Assembly (NCBI GenBank): GCA_965214705.1
Contig: OZ243972.1
Coordinates: 3,008,001-3,072,000 of the forward strand
DNA from: Alphaproteobacteria bacterium
GTDB lineage: Bacteria > Pseudomonadota > Alphaproteobacteria > UBA828
Direction: 5' to 3'
Length of the DNA: 64,000 nucleotides
Shown here: positions 52,505 through 62,472 of the stretch, piece after piece
Position numbering within the stretch: the stretch's first letter is position 1
Layout of the letters: every line of letters begins with the position of its first letter
Made by a program: the position numbers and the translations under genes
Notes under the pieces: generated by a model
What the model saw: only the letters and a program-made list of their open reading frames with translations
Databases searched by the model: none
What the model was told of the DNA's origin: nothing

Positions 52505-53383
52505 ATGACCGGGACCGCGTGCGACACGAACACCGTCACCCCTCTTCGCCAGCGCATGGAGGAGCAGCTCCGCATCGCCAATCTGGCCGCGAGCACGTCC
52601 AAGGCCTACATCTGCGAGATCAAGAACCTGGCCAGGTACTACGACGCCTCGCCGGACGAGCTCGACGCCGAGCAGGTGCGCCAGTGGTACCTGGGGCGGA
52701 TCGACAAGGGGCTCAGTCCGGGCACGACCAACGTCTCCTTCGCCGCGCTGAACTTCCTCTACATCGACACACTCGGCTGGCCTGACCATGTCGCCGGCCT
52801 GCGCTCCCGCAAGAAGCCCGGCAAGCTGCCGCGCTACATGTCGGAGCAGGAGGTCGAGCACCTCATCCTTGCGACACCCGACCTCCGCCACCGTGCTGCC
52901 ATTGTCACCGGCTATGGCGGCGGGCTCCGCATCTCCGAGACCTTGGCCATCAAGGTCGGCGACATCCTGTCGGAGAAGAAGCTGCTGCACATCCCCTCCG
53001 GCAAAGGCGGCACCGAGAGAATGGCACCGTTGCCGGACATCGTCATCCACTACTTGCGCGTCTACTACAGGAACATCTGGCCGCGTCCGACGAACTGGCT
53101 CTTCTACGGCGTCTCGCTCGACAGGCCCATCGCAACGGAGACCTTGCAGGCCGCCTTCAGGAGGGCGCGCGACATTGCCGAGCTCGACCGCAGCTACACC
53201 TTCCATTGCCTGCGCCATTCGGCGGCGACCCATCTCCTCGAGCGCGGCGGCGATATCGAGGTGATCCGGGACATGCTCGGCCATCGAAGCGCGAACACGA
53301 CCCGTCACTACGCCCGCGTCACCGGCAAGATGTTCGAGGGCCTCGACCACCCGATCTCAGGCTTCGCAGCGTTGCGCAACTGA
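52505..53383 (+). CDS. IS91-associated tyrosine recombinase
   Basis: Same protein as 8081-8959. Confidence 0.92.
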   Translation: MTGTACDTNTVTPLRQRMEEQLRIANLAASTSKAYICEIKNLARYYDASPDELDAEQVRQWYLGRIDKGLSPGTTNVSFAALNFLYIDTLGWPDHVAGLRSRKKPGKLPRYMSEQEVEHLILATPDLRHRAAIVTGYGGGLRISETLAIKVGDILSEKKLLHIPSGKGGTERMAPLPDIVIHYLRVYYRNIWPRPTNWLFYGVSLDRPIATETLQAAFRRARDIAELDRSYTFHCLRHSAATHLLERGGDIEVIRDMLGHRSANTTRHYARVTGKMFEGLDHPISGFAALRN

Positions 53384-53389
53384 CGGCGC

Positions 53390-54631
53390 GTGGAGGCCGA
53401 ACGCGCGGGCGTGGCGGAGATCTTCCGCCGCGCCGGCGCCGCTTTCCGTGAGCGCCACAAAGGGCGCATCGACGCCGCCCGGCTCAAGGTCATGGGCGCC
53501 ATCGAGGCGTGCCGCACCGCCGTGCTCGGCGGCCACATGTACGCCTGCGAGGGCTGCGGGCGCGAGCATCCGCTCTTCAACTCCTGCCGCAACCGCCACT
53601 GCCCCACCTGCCAGGGTCTCGCCGCCAACCTCTGGAGCGAGGAGCGCGCCGGGGACATCCTGCCGGTGCCCTACTTCCATGTGGTCTTCACCCTGCCCAA
53701 GGAGGTTGCCGCCATTGCCTTCTGCAACCGCAGGGTGGTGTTCGACATCCTCTTCCGGGCCGTCGCCGAGACCCTGCGCACCATCGCCGCCGATCCCCGC
53801 CACGGCGGCATGCGCATCGGCGGCACCGCGGTCCTCCATACCTGGGATCAGAAGCTCCGCTTCCACCCGCACCTGCACGTGGTCGTGCCCAACGCGGGCT
53901 TCGACGTAGACAGTGGCGAGTGGAAGACGGGGAGCACCACCTTCCTCGCCCCCGTCAAGGTCCTCGGCAGCCTGTTCCGCCGCCTCTTCCTCGAGGAGCT
54001 CGCCCGCGCCCACGGCCGGGGGGACCTGGAGTTCCACGGCACCGTCGCCCACCTCGCCAATCCCGGCGAGTTCCACGCCACGCTTGCCGCCGCCCGGGCC
54101 AGGGACTGGGTGGTCTACGCCAAGCGGCCCTTCCGCGGGCCTGAGCAGGTCTTCCGGTACCTCTCGCACTACACGCACAGGATCGCCATCTCCGACAGCC
54201 GCATCGTCTCCTTCGACGGCGAGACGGTCTCCTTCCGCCACCGAAAGCCCAAGGCGCCGGGGCAGAGAAAGCCGCGCTACGGCATCGCCACCGTGAGCGC
54301 CGACGAGTTCATCCGCCGCTTCCTGAGGCACGTCCTGCCGGACGGCATGCACCGCACTCGCTACTTCGGCATCCTCGCCAACGGCTGCCGCGCCAGCACG
54401 CTGGAGAGAGCACGCCAGGCTCTCGGCGCCCTCGGCTGCGCCGCCCCCGAGGGAAGCGTGGACGGCGCTCAGGCCGAGCCCGACGAAGAGCCCGAGATCG
54501 GCACCGCGCCCGTGGCCTGCCCCCACTGCGGCGGCGTCATGCGCCTCGTCCGCGAAATCCGCCGCCGCCATGAGCCCCGCTCGACGCGCGGCCCGCCGGC
54601 GCTGCCGCCGACCCACAGGGGGAAACCGTGA
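53390..54631 (+). CDS. IS91-family transposase
   Basis: HUH and YxxxY motifs; three visible aa differences from copies 1 and 3. Confidence 0.93.
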   Translation: MEAERAGVAEIFRRAGAAFRERHKGRIDAARLKVMGAIEACRTAVLGGHMYACEGCGREHPLFNSCRNRHCPTCQGLAANLWSEERAGDILPVPYFHVVFTLPKEVAAIAFCNRRVVFDILFRAVAETLRTIAADPRHGGMRIGGTAVLHTWDQKLRFHPHLHVVVPNAGFDVDSGEWKTGSTTFLAPVKVLGSLFRRLFLEELARAHGRGDLEFHGTVAHLANPGEFHATLAAARARDWVVYAKRPFRGPEQVFRYLSHYTHRIAISDSRIVSFDGETVSFRHRKPKAPGQRKPRYGIATVSADEFIRRFLRHVLPDGMHRTRYFGILANGCRASTLERARQALGALGCAAPEGSVDGAQAEPDEEPEIGTAPVACPHCGGVMRLVREIRRRHEPRSTRGPPALPPTHRGKP

Positions 54632-54893
54632 GACGGCCGCTCGCTTCGGCCCCGCGCAACGGCGCCAAAGCGCCGACGCACGACCGAACCTGTCTCCGCT
54701 TGAGCCGGGCTGACAGCCCTCGGCTCACACCCCGCTCAGTCCTCGCAGCGTGCGCCCGCATGCCTGCCGAAAGACCGGCGCGAGCGTCGATTTTATGCGC
54801 AACTCTGCTGCCGGTGGATGCCGCCTGACGCTGACATCAGCGCACTTTCCACATAGCTCAACTTCGCCTCTCGTGGCCCGCGGCTTCGTTCAA

Positions 54894-54935
54894 AAGGGTT
54901 GGGCAGGCTCTCGAGAGAGAGCCTGCCCAACCCTT
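54894..54935. repeat. Perfect 19-bp-stem hairpin at the IS end (also in copies 1 and 3)
   Basis: AAGGGTTGGGCAGGCTCTC-GAGA-GAGAGCCTGCCCAACCCTT. Confidence 0.9.
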
Positions 54936-55650
54936 AACCTTGCACCCCTTCAAGAAGGAACCACGAAAGCAGCCCGCGCCTCGCGATATGCATCTCCACA
55001 ATTTGCCCTGGCCTGCAGACGTCTTGGAGAGCTTGGGGGAGACACCAGTCGAGATGCGCGTAACGCTTTCCTATTTCGTCGAACCCAACCCATCGCAGCG
55101 AGGCATTCGTTCTCGCTACCGATACGAGTCCCACGGTCTTCGCTTCGAAGTCAAAAGGGCGCTGGAAACGGTCGACGCTTTTCGCGGACGGATCAACGCG
55201 GTGGCGCGAGATGAAGAAGAGGGGAGCGCAAGAAGCTCCAGTGATCCAGCGTGGTTGATCGGTACGCAGAGTCGTCACAGGGGTTCTCTCCATGGGGACA
55301 TTTGGCGGGGGAGTGCCGCTGATCTCGCAAGTCGAGGGCACATAGCCATCTATCCTTCAATGGGGTGGTGGAGAACGCGCCCCGTGCTGGAACGGTACGA
55401 TCAAGCGGCTCGATACGCTTTGAACGAAGCCGCTACGCGGAGTTAGCGGCGTAGAGTTCATTCATTTCCGAGGCGTCGCGGGTGCCGTTTGTTCTGTGCG
55501 TTCGCTTCCCGGTTGCGTCAGTGGCGCTCCGCCCGTCGGGTGGCGGATCCCCAGCAGCCTCCCGATCACCAGTGGTTAGCATCGACCCCTGCGACGGACC
55601 GTCGCCGGATCGGTCCGGCGGCGCGCCGTCGCGATCCAGGGAGATCGATA

Positions 55651-56529
55651 ATGACCGGGACCGCGTGCGACACGAACACCGTCACCCCTCTTCGCCAGCG
55701 CATGGAGGAGCAGCTCCGCATCGCCAATCTGGCCGCGAGCACGTCCAAGGCCTACATCTGCGAGATCAAGAACCTGGCCAGGTACTACGACGCCTCGCCG
55801 GACGAGCTCGACGCCGAGCAGGTGCGCCAGTGGTACCTGGGGCGGATCGACAAGGGGCTCAGTCCGGGCACGACCAACGTCTCCTTCGCCGCGCTGAACT
55901 TCCTCTACATCGACACACTCGGCTGGCCTGACCATGTCGCCGGCCTGCGCTCCCGCAAGAAGCCCGGCAAGCTGCCGCGCTACATGTCGGAGCAGGAGGT
56001 CGAGCACCTCATCCTTGCGACACCCGACCTCCGCCACCGTGCTGCCATTGTCACCGGCTATGGCGGCGGGCTCCGCATCTCCGAGACCTTGGCCATCAAG
56101 GTCGGCGACATCCTGTCGGAGAAGAAGCTGCTGCACATCCCCTCCGGCAAAGGCGGCACCGAGAGAATGGCACCGTTGCCGGACATCGTCATCCACTACT
56201 TGCGCGTCTACTACAGGAACATCTGGCCGCGTCCGACGAGCTGGCTCTTCTACGGCGTCTCGCTCGACAGGCCCATCGCAACGGAGACCTTGCAGGCCGC
56301 CTTCAGGAGGGCGCGCGACATTGCCGAGCTCGACCGCAGCTACACCTTCCATTGCCTGCGCCATTCGGCGGCGACCCATCTCCTCGAGCGCGGCGGCGAT
56401 ATCGAGGTGATCCGGGACATGCTCGGCCATCGAAGCGCGAACACGACCCGTCACTACGCCCGCGTCACCGGCAAGATGTTCGAGGGCCTCGACCACCCGA
56501 TCTCAGGCTTCGCAGCGTTGCGCAACTGA
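55651..56529 (+). CDS. IS91-associated tyrosine recombinase
   Basis: One substitution (PTSWL vs PTNWL) relative to the other copies. Confidence 0.92.
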   Translation: MTGTACDTNTVTPLRQRMEEQLRIANLAASTSKAYICEIKNLARYYDASPDELDAEQVRQWYLGRIDKGLSPGTTNVSFAALNFLYIDTLGWPDHVAGLRSRKKPGKLPRYMSEQEVEHLILATPDLRHRAAIVTGYGGGLRISETLAIKVGDILSEKKLLHIPSGKGGTERMAPLPDIVIHYLRVYYRNIWPRPTSWLFYGVSLDRPIATETLQAAFRRARDIAELDRSYTFHCLRHSAATHLLERGGDIEVIRDMLGHRSANTTRHYARVTGKMFEGLDHPISGFAALRN

Positions 56530-56535
56530 CGGCGC

Positions 56536-57777
56536 GTGGAGGCCGAACGCGCGGGCGTGGCGGAGATCTTCCGCCGCGCCGGCGCCGCTTTCCGTGAGCG
56601 CCACAAAGGGCGCATCGACGCCGCCCGGCTCAAGGTCATGGGCGCCATCGAGGCGTGCCGCACCGCCGTGCTCGGCGGCCACATGTACGCCTGCGAGGGC
56701 TGCGGGCGCGAGCATCCGCTCTTCAACTCCTGCCGCAACCGCCACTGCCCCACCTGCCAGGGTCTCGCCGCCAACCTCTGGAGCGAGGAGCGCGCCGGGG
56801 ACATCCTGCCGGTGCCCTACTTCCATGTGGTCTTCACCCTGCCCAAGGAGGTTGCCGCCATTGCCTTCTGCAACCGCAGGGTGGTGTTCGACATCCTCTT
56901 CCGGGCCGTCGCCGAGACCCTGCGCACCATCGCCGCCGATCCCCGCCACGGCGGCATGCGCATCGGCGGCACCGCGGTCCTCCATACCTGGGATCAGAAG
57001 CTCCGCTTCCACCCGCACCTGCACGTGGTCGTGCCCAACGCGGGCTTCGACGTAGACAGTGGCGAGTGGAAGACGGGGAGCACCACCTTCCTCGCCCCCG
57101 TCAAGGTCCTCGGCAGCCTGTTCCGCCGCCTCTTCCTCGAGGAGCTCGCCCGCGCCCACGGCCGGGGGGACCTGGAGTTCCACGGCACCCTCGCCCACCT
57201 CGCCAATCCCGGCGAGTTCCACGCCACGCTTGCCGCCGCCCGGGCCAGGGACTGGGTGGTCTACGCCAAGCGGCCCTTCCGCGGGCCTGAGCAGGTCTTC
57301 CGGTACCTCTCGCACTACACGCACAGGATCGCCATCTCCGACAGCCGCATCGTCTCCTTCGACGGCGAGACGGTCTCCTTCCGCCACCGAAAGCCCAAGG
57401 CGCCGGGGCAGAGAAAGCCGCGCTACGGCATCGCCACCGTGAGCGCCGACGAGTTCATCCGCCGCTTCCTGAGGCACGTCCTGCCGGACGGCATGCACCG
57501 CATTCGCTACTTCGGCATCCTCGCCAACGGCTGCCGCGCCAGCACGCTGGAGAGAGCACGCCAGGCTCTCGGCGCCCTCGGCTGCGCCGCCCCCGAGGGA
57601 AGCGTGGACGGCGCTCGGGCCGAGCCCGACGAAGAGCCCGAGATCGGCACCGCGCCCGTGGCCTGCCCCCACTGCGGCGGCGTCATGCGCCTCGTCCGCG
57701 AAATCCGCCGCCGCCATGAGCCCCGCTCGACGCGCGGCCCGCCGGCGCTGCCGCCGACCCACAGGGGGAAACCGTGA
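56536..57777 (+). CDS. IS91-family transposase
   Basis: Same protein as 6833-8074. Confidence 0.93.
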   Translation: MEAERAGVAEIFRRAGAAFRERHKGRIDAARLKVMGAIEACRTAVLGGHMYACEGCGREHPLFNSCRNRHCPTCQGLAANLWSEERAGDILPVPYFHVVFTLPKEVAAIAFCNRRVVFDILFRAVAETLRTIAADPRHGGMRIGGTAVLHTWDQKLRFHPHLHVVVPNAGFDVDSGEWKTGSTTFLAPVKVLGSLFRRLFLEELARAHGRGDLEFHGTLAHLANPGEFHATLAAARARDWVVYAKRPFRGPEQVFRYLSHYTHRIAISDSRIVSFDGETVSFRHRKPKAPGQRKPRYGIATVSADEFIRRFLRHVLPDGMHRIRYFGILANGCRASTLERARQALGALGCAAPEGSVDGARAEPDEEPEIGTAPVACPHCGGVMRLVREIRRRHEPRSTRGPPALPPTHRGKP

Positions 57778-58179
57778 GACGCCCGCTCGCTTCGGCCCCG
57801 CGCAACGGCGCCAAAGCGCCGACGCACGACCGAACCTGTCTCCGCTTGAGCCGGGCTGACAGCCCTCGGCTCACACCCCGCTCAGTCCTCGCAGCGTGCG
57901 CCCGCATGCCTGCCGAAAGACCGGCGCGAGCGTCGATTTTATGCGCAACTCTGCTGCCGGTGGATGCCGCCTGACGCTGACATCAGCGCACTTTCCACAT
58001 AGCTCAACTTCGCCTCTCGTGGCCCGCGGCTTCGTTCAAAAGGGTTGGGCAGGCTCTCGAGAGAGAGCCTGCCCAACCCTTAACCTTGGTCGTCAGCATC
58101 AAGGCACCGGAAACCGATATCGATCTTTATAGTGAAGTCGCAAACCAGATCGACGCTTCGGTCATCATTCAAACCTGAC

Positions 58180-60270
58180 GTGCAATTCCGTATTGCAGCC
58201 AGCTTCACAGACAGCCTCGCGAAGCTGACCGGCGATGAGCAGAAGGCCGCGAAGACCACGGCCTTCGACCTGCAAGTGGACCCGTCGGCGCCGGGGTTGT
58301 CGTTCCACCGGATCGACCGCGCCAAAGACCGGAACTTCTGGTCCGTCCGGGTCAGCCGGGACCTTCGGTTGATCGTCCATCGCACCGCGTCGAGCGTCAT
58401 GCTCGTCTATGTCGGGCATCACGATAACGCTTACCGCTGGGCGGAACGGCGGCGAATCGAGCGGCATCCCAGGACCGGCGCGGCCCAGATCGTCGAGATC
58501 CGCGAGACCGTCCGAGAGATCGAGATCCCGCGCCAAGTCGTCGCAGAAACCCCAGCCGTTGAGCGCGTCCCTGCCAAGCCCGCACTCTTTGCCGACGCTT
58601 CCGATGACGAGCTATTGGGATACGGCGTGCCCGAGGCGTGGCTGGACGATGTGCGAAGCGCGGACGAGGACTCGCTGCTTGACCTCGCCGACCACCTGCC
58701 GGCTGAGGCGGCCGAGGCGCTGCTGGAGCTCGCGACCGGCGGCGCGCCGGAACGGTCGGCGCACGCGGCTGCCGATGCCGACCCGTTCGCCCACCCCGAC
58801 GCGCAACGTCGGTTCCGCCTGGTGGAGAACGCCGACGAACTGGAGCGGGCGCTGGAATATCCGTGGGAGAGGTGGACCGTCTTCCTGCATCCGGCGCAGC
58901 GCCGGATCGTCGAGACACGGTACAGCGGCCCGGCTCGCGTATCCGGTTCGGCCGGTACGGGCAAGACCATCGTGGCGCTGCACCGCGCCGTCCACCTCGC
59001 GGAGACCGATCCGGATACCCGTGTTCTTCTCGCCACCTTCTCCGAGACGCTCGCCAACGCGCTCCGCGTGAGGCTGGGCCGCCTGGTGCACAACCGGCCG
59101 AACATCGCGGAGCGCCTCGAAGTGCATTCGATGGGCGGCATCGGGCGTCGCCTCTACGAAGCCAATTTCGGCGCGCCGCGCCTCGCCACGGATGACGAGC
59201 TCCGGAAATTGATCAATCAAGCATCAACCGAGGCAGCGGAGCACAAGTTCACCCCGCATTTCCTGTGGACCGAATGGAGCCGGGTGGTGGACGCGTGGCA
59301 GCTGGAGAGCTGGGAAGGCTATCGGGATGTCATGCGGCTCGGCCGCAGGACCCGCCTGGCGGAAGCCCAGCGCGAGGTGCTCTGGTCGATCTTCTCCGCG
59401 GTGCGCCAGGGCCTCGACGAACGAGGGCTGCTCACCGAGCCCAGTCTGTTCCGGCATCTGGAACGGCACTTCGCCGGAACGGCTCACCCGCCGTTCGAGT
59501 TCTGCGTCATCGACGAAGCACAGGACATCGGCGTTGCGGAGCTGCGCTTCCTCGCGGTCATCGGCGGCGGGCGACCGGACAGCCTGTTCTTCGCCGGCGA
59601 TCTCGGCCAGCGCATCTTCCGCACGCCCTTCTCCTGGCGGGCGCTCGGGGTGGACGTGCGCGGGCGCTCCCACACGCTCCGCGTCAACTACCGCACCTCC
59701 CATCAAATCCGCCGGCAGGCGGACCGCTTGTTGCCGCTCGAGCTCGCCGACGTGGACGGGAACACCGAGGGGCGCGGCGGCACGGTCTCGGCGTTCAACG
59801 GCCCGGAACCGCGCATCACGGTTCTCGGATCGCCCGACGAAGAGAGCACGGCGGTCGCCGACTGGCTGAGCGCGAGACGGAAAGACGGCTACGTCCCGCA
59901 CGAGATCGCGGTGTTCGTCAGGTCCGAGGCGGAAATACCGCGGGCGCAGGAATCGGTCCGGCTCGCAGGGCTCTCGTCAATGGAGCTGGACGAACGCTCG
60001 GCCGGAACACCCGACAGGGTCGCGGTGGGCACGATGCATCTCGCCAAGGGCCTGGAATTCCGGGCGGTCACGGTGGTGGCGTGCGACGACGAGATCCTGC
60101 CCCTCCAGTCGCGCATCGAAAGCGTCGCCGACCAGGCAGACCTCGAGGACACCTACAGCACCGAGCGGCACCTGCTCTACGTCGCCTGCACCCGCGCCCG
60201 CGATCACCTGCTGGTGACCGGCGTCGATCCGGCGTCCGAGTTCCTCGACGATCTGCGAATGGCCGAATGA
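58180..60270 (+). CDS. UvrD-like SF1 helicase with N-terminal RelE-like domain
   Basis: WSVRVSRDLRLIV..YVGHHD N-terminus; GSAGTGKT, DEAQD, NYRT, AKGLEF and YVACTRAR motifs. Confidence 0.88.
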   Translation: MQFRIAASFTDSLAKLTGDEQKAAKTTAFDLQVDPSAPGLSFHRIDRAKDRNFWSVRVSRDLRLIVHRTASSVMLVYVGHHDNAYRWAERRRIERHPRTGAAQIVEIRETVREIEIPRQVVAETPAVERVPAKPALFADASDDELLGYGVPEAWLDDVRSADEDSLLDLADHLPAEAAEALLELATGGAPERSAHAAADADPFAHPDAQRRFRLVENADELERALEYPWERWTVFLHPAQRRIVETRYSGPARVSGSAGTGKTIVALHRAVHLAETDPDTRVLLATFSETLANALRVRLGRLVHNRPNIAERLEVHSMGGIGRRLYEANFGAPRLATDDELRKLINQASTEAAEHKFTPHFLWTEWSRVVDAWQLESWEGYRDVMRLGRRTRLAEAQREVLWSIFSAVRQGLDERGLLTEPSLFRHLERHFAGTAHPPFEFCVIDEAQDIGVAELRFLAVIGGGRPDSLFFAGDLGQRIFRTPFSWRALGVDVRGRSHTLRVNYRTSHQIRRQADRLLPLELADVDGNTEGRGGTVSAFNGPEPRITVLGSPDEESTAVADWLSARRKDGYVPHEIAVFVRSEAEIPRAQESVRLAGLSSMELDERSAGTPDRVAVGTMHLAKGLEFRAVTVVACDDEILPLQSRIESVADQADLEDTYSTERHLLYVACTRARDHLLVTGVDPASEFLDDLRMAE

Positions 60271-60407
60271 TGCTCCCTCGGGCAGAACGTGAAGAATCGT
60301 ATAGCGGGTCACCCAATGCAGCAGCGTGGTCTGCACGCGAGGGCGGCATAGTCGGGTTTGCCAATTCGAGCGAGAGTGCTGCCGACGAACCGAGGCCACT
60401 TCACCCG

Positions 60408-60734
60408 TCATGTCTCAGTTTCGTCCATGGAATACTCTGGCAACTCCGGCGCGACTTCGGAGATGGTACGGCTGATCATCTCGATCTCGTCATGGCGCCC
60501 GGACTTCTCCATGTCCCGGATGATCGCCTGTGCGGTGAACATGGCCGAGCGCAGGAGGTGGATTTCCGCCTCGGTCCTCGGCCATTCGCGCCTATCGAGC
60601 GCCTCCAGGGCGAGGTCGATCACGAGCTCGTTAGCCGTGCGGCTCGTTCCCCTGGCGGCGTTTTCGATTCTCTCCCACTGCTCGGGGAGCACGCGGATGC
60701 GTCTGTGCTGTGCTTTGTCGGTCGTGTCGGTCAT
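60408..60734 (-). CDS. Ribbon-helix-helix protein, probable relaxosome accessory factor
   Basis: RRIRVLPEQWERIENAA..TANELVI pattern; transcribed away from the candidate oriT. Confidence 0.6.
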   Translation of the reverse strand: MTDTTDKAQHRRIRVLPEQWERIENAARGTSRTANELVIDLALEALDRREWPRTEAEIHLLRSAMFTAQAIIRDMEKSGRHDEIEMISRTISEVAPELPEYSMDETET

Positions 60735-61146
60735 GGCCCGGTCTCGATTCGGTTCGGCTTTCTGGCTCAGATGAGCCACTTTTCTCGCAATTCGCGCAAG
60801 GCAGGCAGCTCTTTCGGGAAGGGAAACCACCGCGTTTCGGTCCGCGGCGAGACCGTTTGGCGGGCGTAGGGCATCGGCTCGGGATACCGGGCGGGCGATG
60901 GGGTCTGGCACAGACCGCGACCATGCTGACGATTGCCTACACCCGGTGGAACCACACGGTCCGTGCCCTGTGTTACGAGGCTGCCTCTAACCCTTTGACA
61001 ATGAACCGCTATCTCCGCGTTACGGTCTCCTTCCCCCTGGTCGCGGTTCGTGCCGTCTCTTCCCGGCACGCGGGAGGTACGCCCAGTTGCGAACGATCGT
61101 AGCCGGTCGCAGCTTATCGCAGGCAATCGGAGCTCCGGCACCCCCT

Positions 61147-61172
61147 GCATCGGGATGCGTCGGGTGTACGAA
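61147..61172 (+). other. Candidate oriT (MOBF type), predicted nic at 61167/61168
   Basis: Hairpin GCATC-GG-GATGC runs into TGCGTCGGGTGT, an 11/12 match to F nic TGCGTGGGGTGT. Confidence 0.7.
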
Positions 61173-61542
61173 CCAGACCGCTCCGGCGGTAGGAGCGGTC
61201 AATTCGTGCAGCATGAGCAATGTGGGAATCTTCGTCGCCGAGCGATGAGGTTCGGAGCCGCCGCGGCGATTGATGCGGGCGATCCGGCCTTCGCGAGCGA
61301 GGGCACCGGTGCGAAGCACCGTGCCGAGCGGTGCGGCAGCGCGTGACATGGACGCGAAACGCAGCGCCGACAGCGAGCGAAGCGAGACCCCGGATCGCAG
61401 TCCGGGGCAGGCTGCGCATTGAGCGCCGCGCGAAGCGCGCGCGCGGTGGTCGGTACAGACGCGAGACGGTCGGTGCGAAGAGAACGAGCCGCGCCGCCGT
61501 CCCGATGCCGGGAAGACGACGCGGCCCGCGATGCGTTGCGGT

Positions 61543-62472
61543 CTAGGCCGCCTTGAGGACCGGGATACCGAGCTGCCGCGCGCGGTCGACGAGGTTCTCG
61601 GTGATGCCGCTGCCGGGGAACGCGATGACGCCCTTGGGCAGGAGGTTGAGCAGTTCCTCGTTGCGGCGGAACGGTGCGGCGCGTCCGTGGCGGTCCCAGT
61701 CGGGCTTGCAGACGATCTGGTGGACGCCGTTGCGCTCGGCCCAGCTTGCGGCGATCTTCTCGACGCCGGGGCCGCCGCCATGCACGATGACGATGTCGCT
61801 GTACTTGGCGCGGGCCTGGTCGAGCTTGGCGATCACCGCCGCCGGGTCGGCAACGTCCTTGCCGCCGGCGATGGCGACCAGCGTTCCCTGCGGCAGATGC
61901 GCCATGGTCTTTCGGTCCTTCCTCGCGCGCATGAAGTCGCGGGCGTCGATGGCGGCGGAGGTGAGCCTGCCGGTCTGGCTGGTGTGCGATCCCCGGCGCG
62001 GCCGCCACACGCTGCCGGTGTCTGCGCGATAGGCGTCGGCGGCCTCGTCGCGCATACGCTCGAAGGCGTCGCGGCGGTCGCCGAGGTTGTGCGCGCGGCT
62101 GGTGAGGAGTTCGAGTTCGAGCGACTTGATCTCGGTGCCGTCCTGGTCGCGCTGGAGGTCGCGCAGCTGCGGCGTCAGCTTGTCGGCGGCACGGTCGAGC
62201 CTCTTGGTCTGGCTGTCGAGCATGTTGACGAAGCCCCAGAGCAGGCTCTCGCGCTCGTCGGCGAGCTGGAAGCCGTCGGGCCCGACGCCCTGGCTGAGGA
62301 TGCGGAAGGATTCGAGGACGGCCTCGATGGCGTCGTCCTCGTCCCAGACCTCGCGGGTGTCGAACTCGTCGCGCTCGGGAGCCGCGCCGTAGAGCGCTGC
62401 GTTGTCGCAGACAGTGGCGGTGATGGACGCGTCCCGCGCTTCGATGGTGTCGATGTTCTCGATGGTGGTCAT
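61543..62472 (-). CDS. DUF2493 (SLOG/YspA-like) domain protein
   Basis: AIAGGKD, IVHGG..G.E and HGRAAPFRRN..IAFPGSG motifs. Confidence 0.85.
   Translation of the reverse strand: MTTIENIDTIEARDASITATVCDNAALYGAAPERDEFDTREVWDEDDAIEAVLESFRILSQGVGPDGFQLADERESLLWGFVNMLDSQTKRLDRAADKLTPQLRDLQRDQDGTEIKSLELELLTSRAHNLGDRRDAFERMRDEAADAYRADTGSVWRPRRGSHTSQTGRLTSAAIDARDFMRARKDRKTMAHLPQGTLVAIAGGKDVADPAAVIAKLDQARAKYSDIVIVHGGGPGVEKIAASWAERNGVHQIVCKPDWDRHGRAAPFRRNEELLNLLPKGVIAFPGSGITENLVDRARQLGIPVLKAA

Larger units (their letters stand above)
52277..54939 (+). mobile_element. IS91-like element with tyrosine recombinase, copy 2
   Basis: 2663 bp; TTG at 52274-52276 and 54940-54942. Confidence 0.95.
55423..58085 (+). 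mobile_element. IS91-like element with tyrosine recombinase, copy 3
   Basis: 2663 bp; TTG at 55420-55422 and 58086-58088. Confidence 0.95.
50342..58178 (+). pseudogene. S8 subtilase (IetS-like, ~834 aa reconstructed), interrupted by two IS91-like copies
   Basis: LLDTG, HGTQMAG and ATSSA triad. Segments 50342-52276, 54943-55422 and 58089-58178 join in frame (QERL-HPFKK; RYAL-VVSIKAPETDIDLY). Confidence 0.92.

Noticed and set aside
52277-58085. Duplicate IS as pure assembly artefact
   Set aside because: The copies differ by several SNPs and each has distinct junctions that restore the subtilase frame.
58132-58179. Upstream start for the helicase ORF
   Set aside because: It overlaps the subtilase C-terminal fragment; GTG 58180 follows that stop and begins the recognisable domain.
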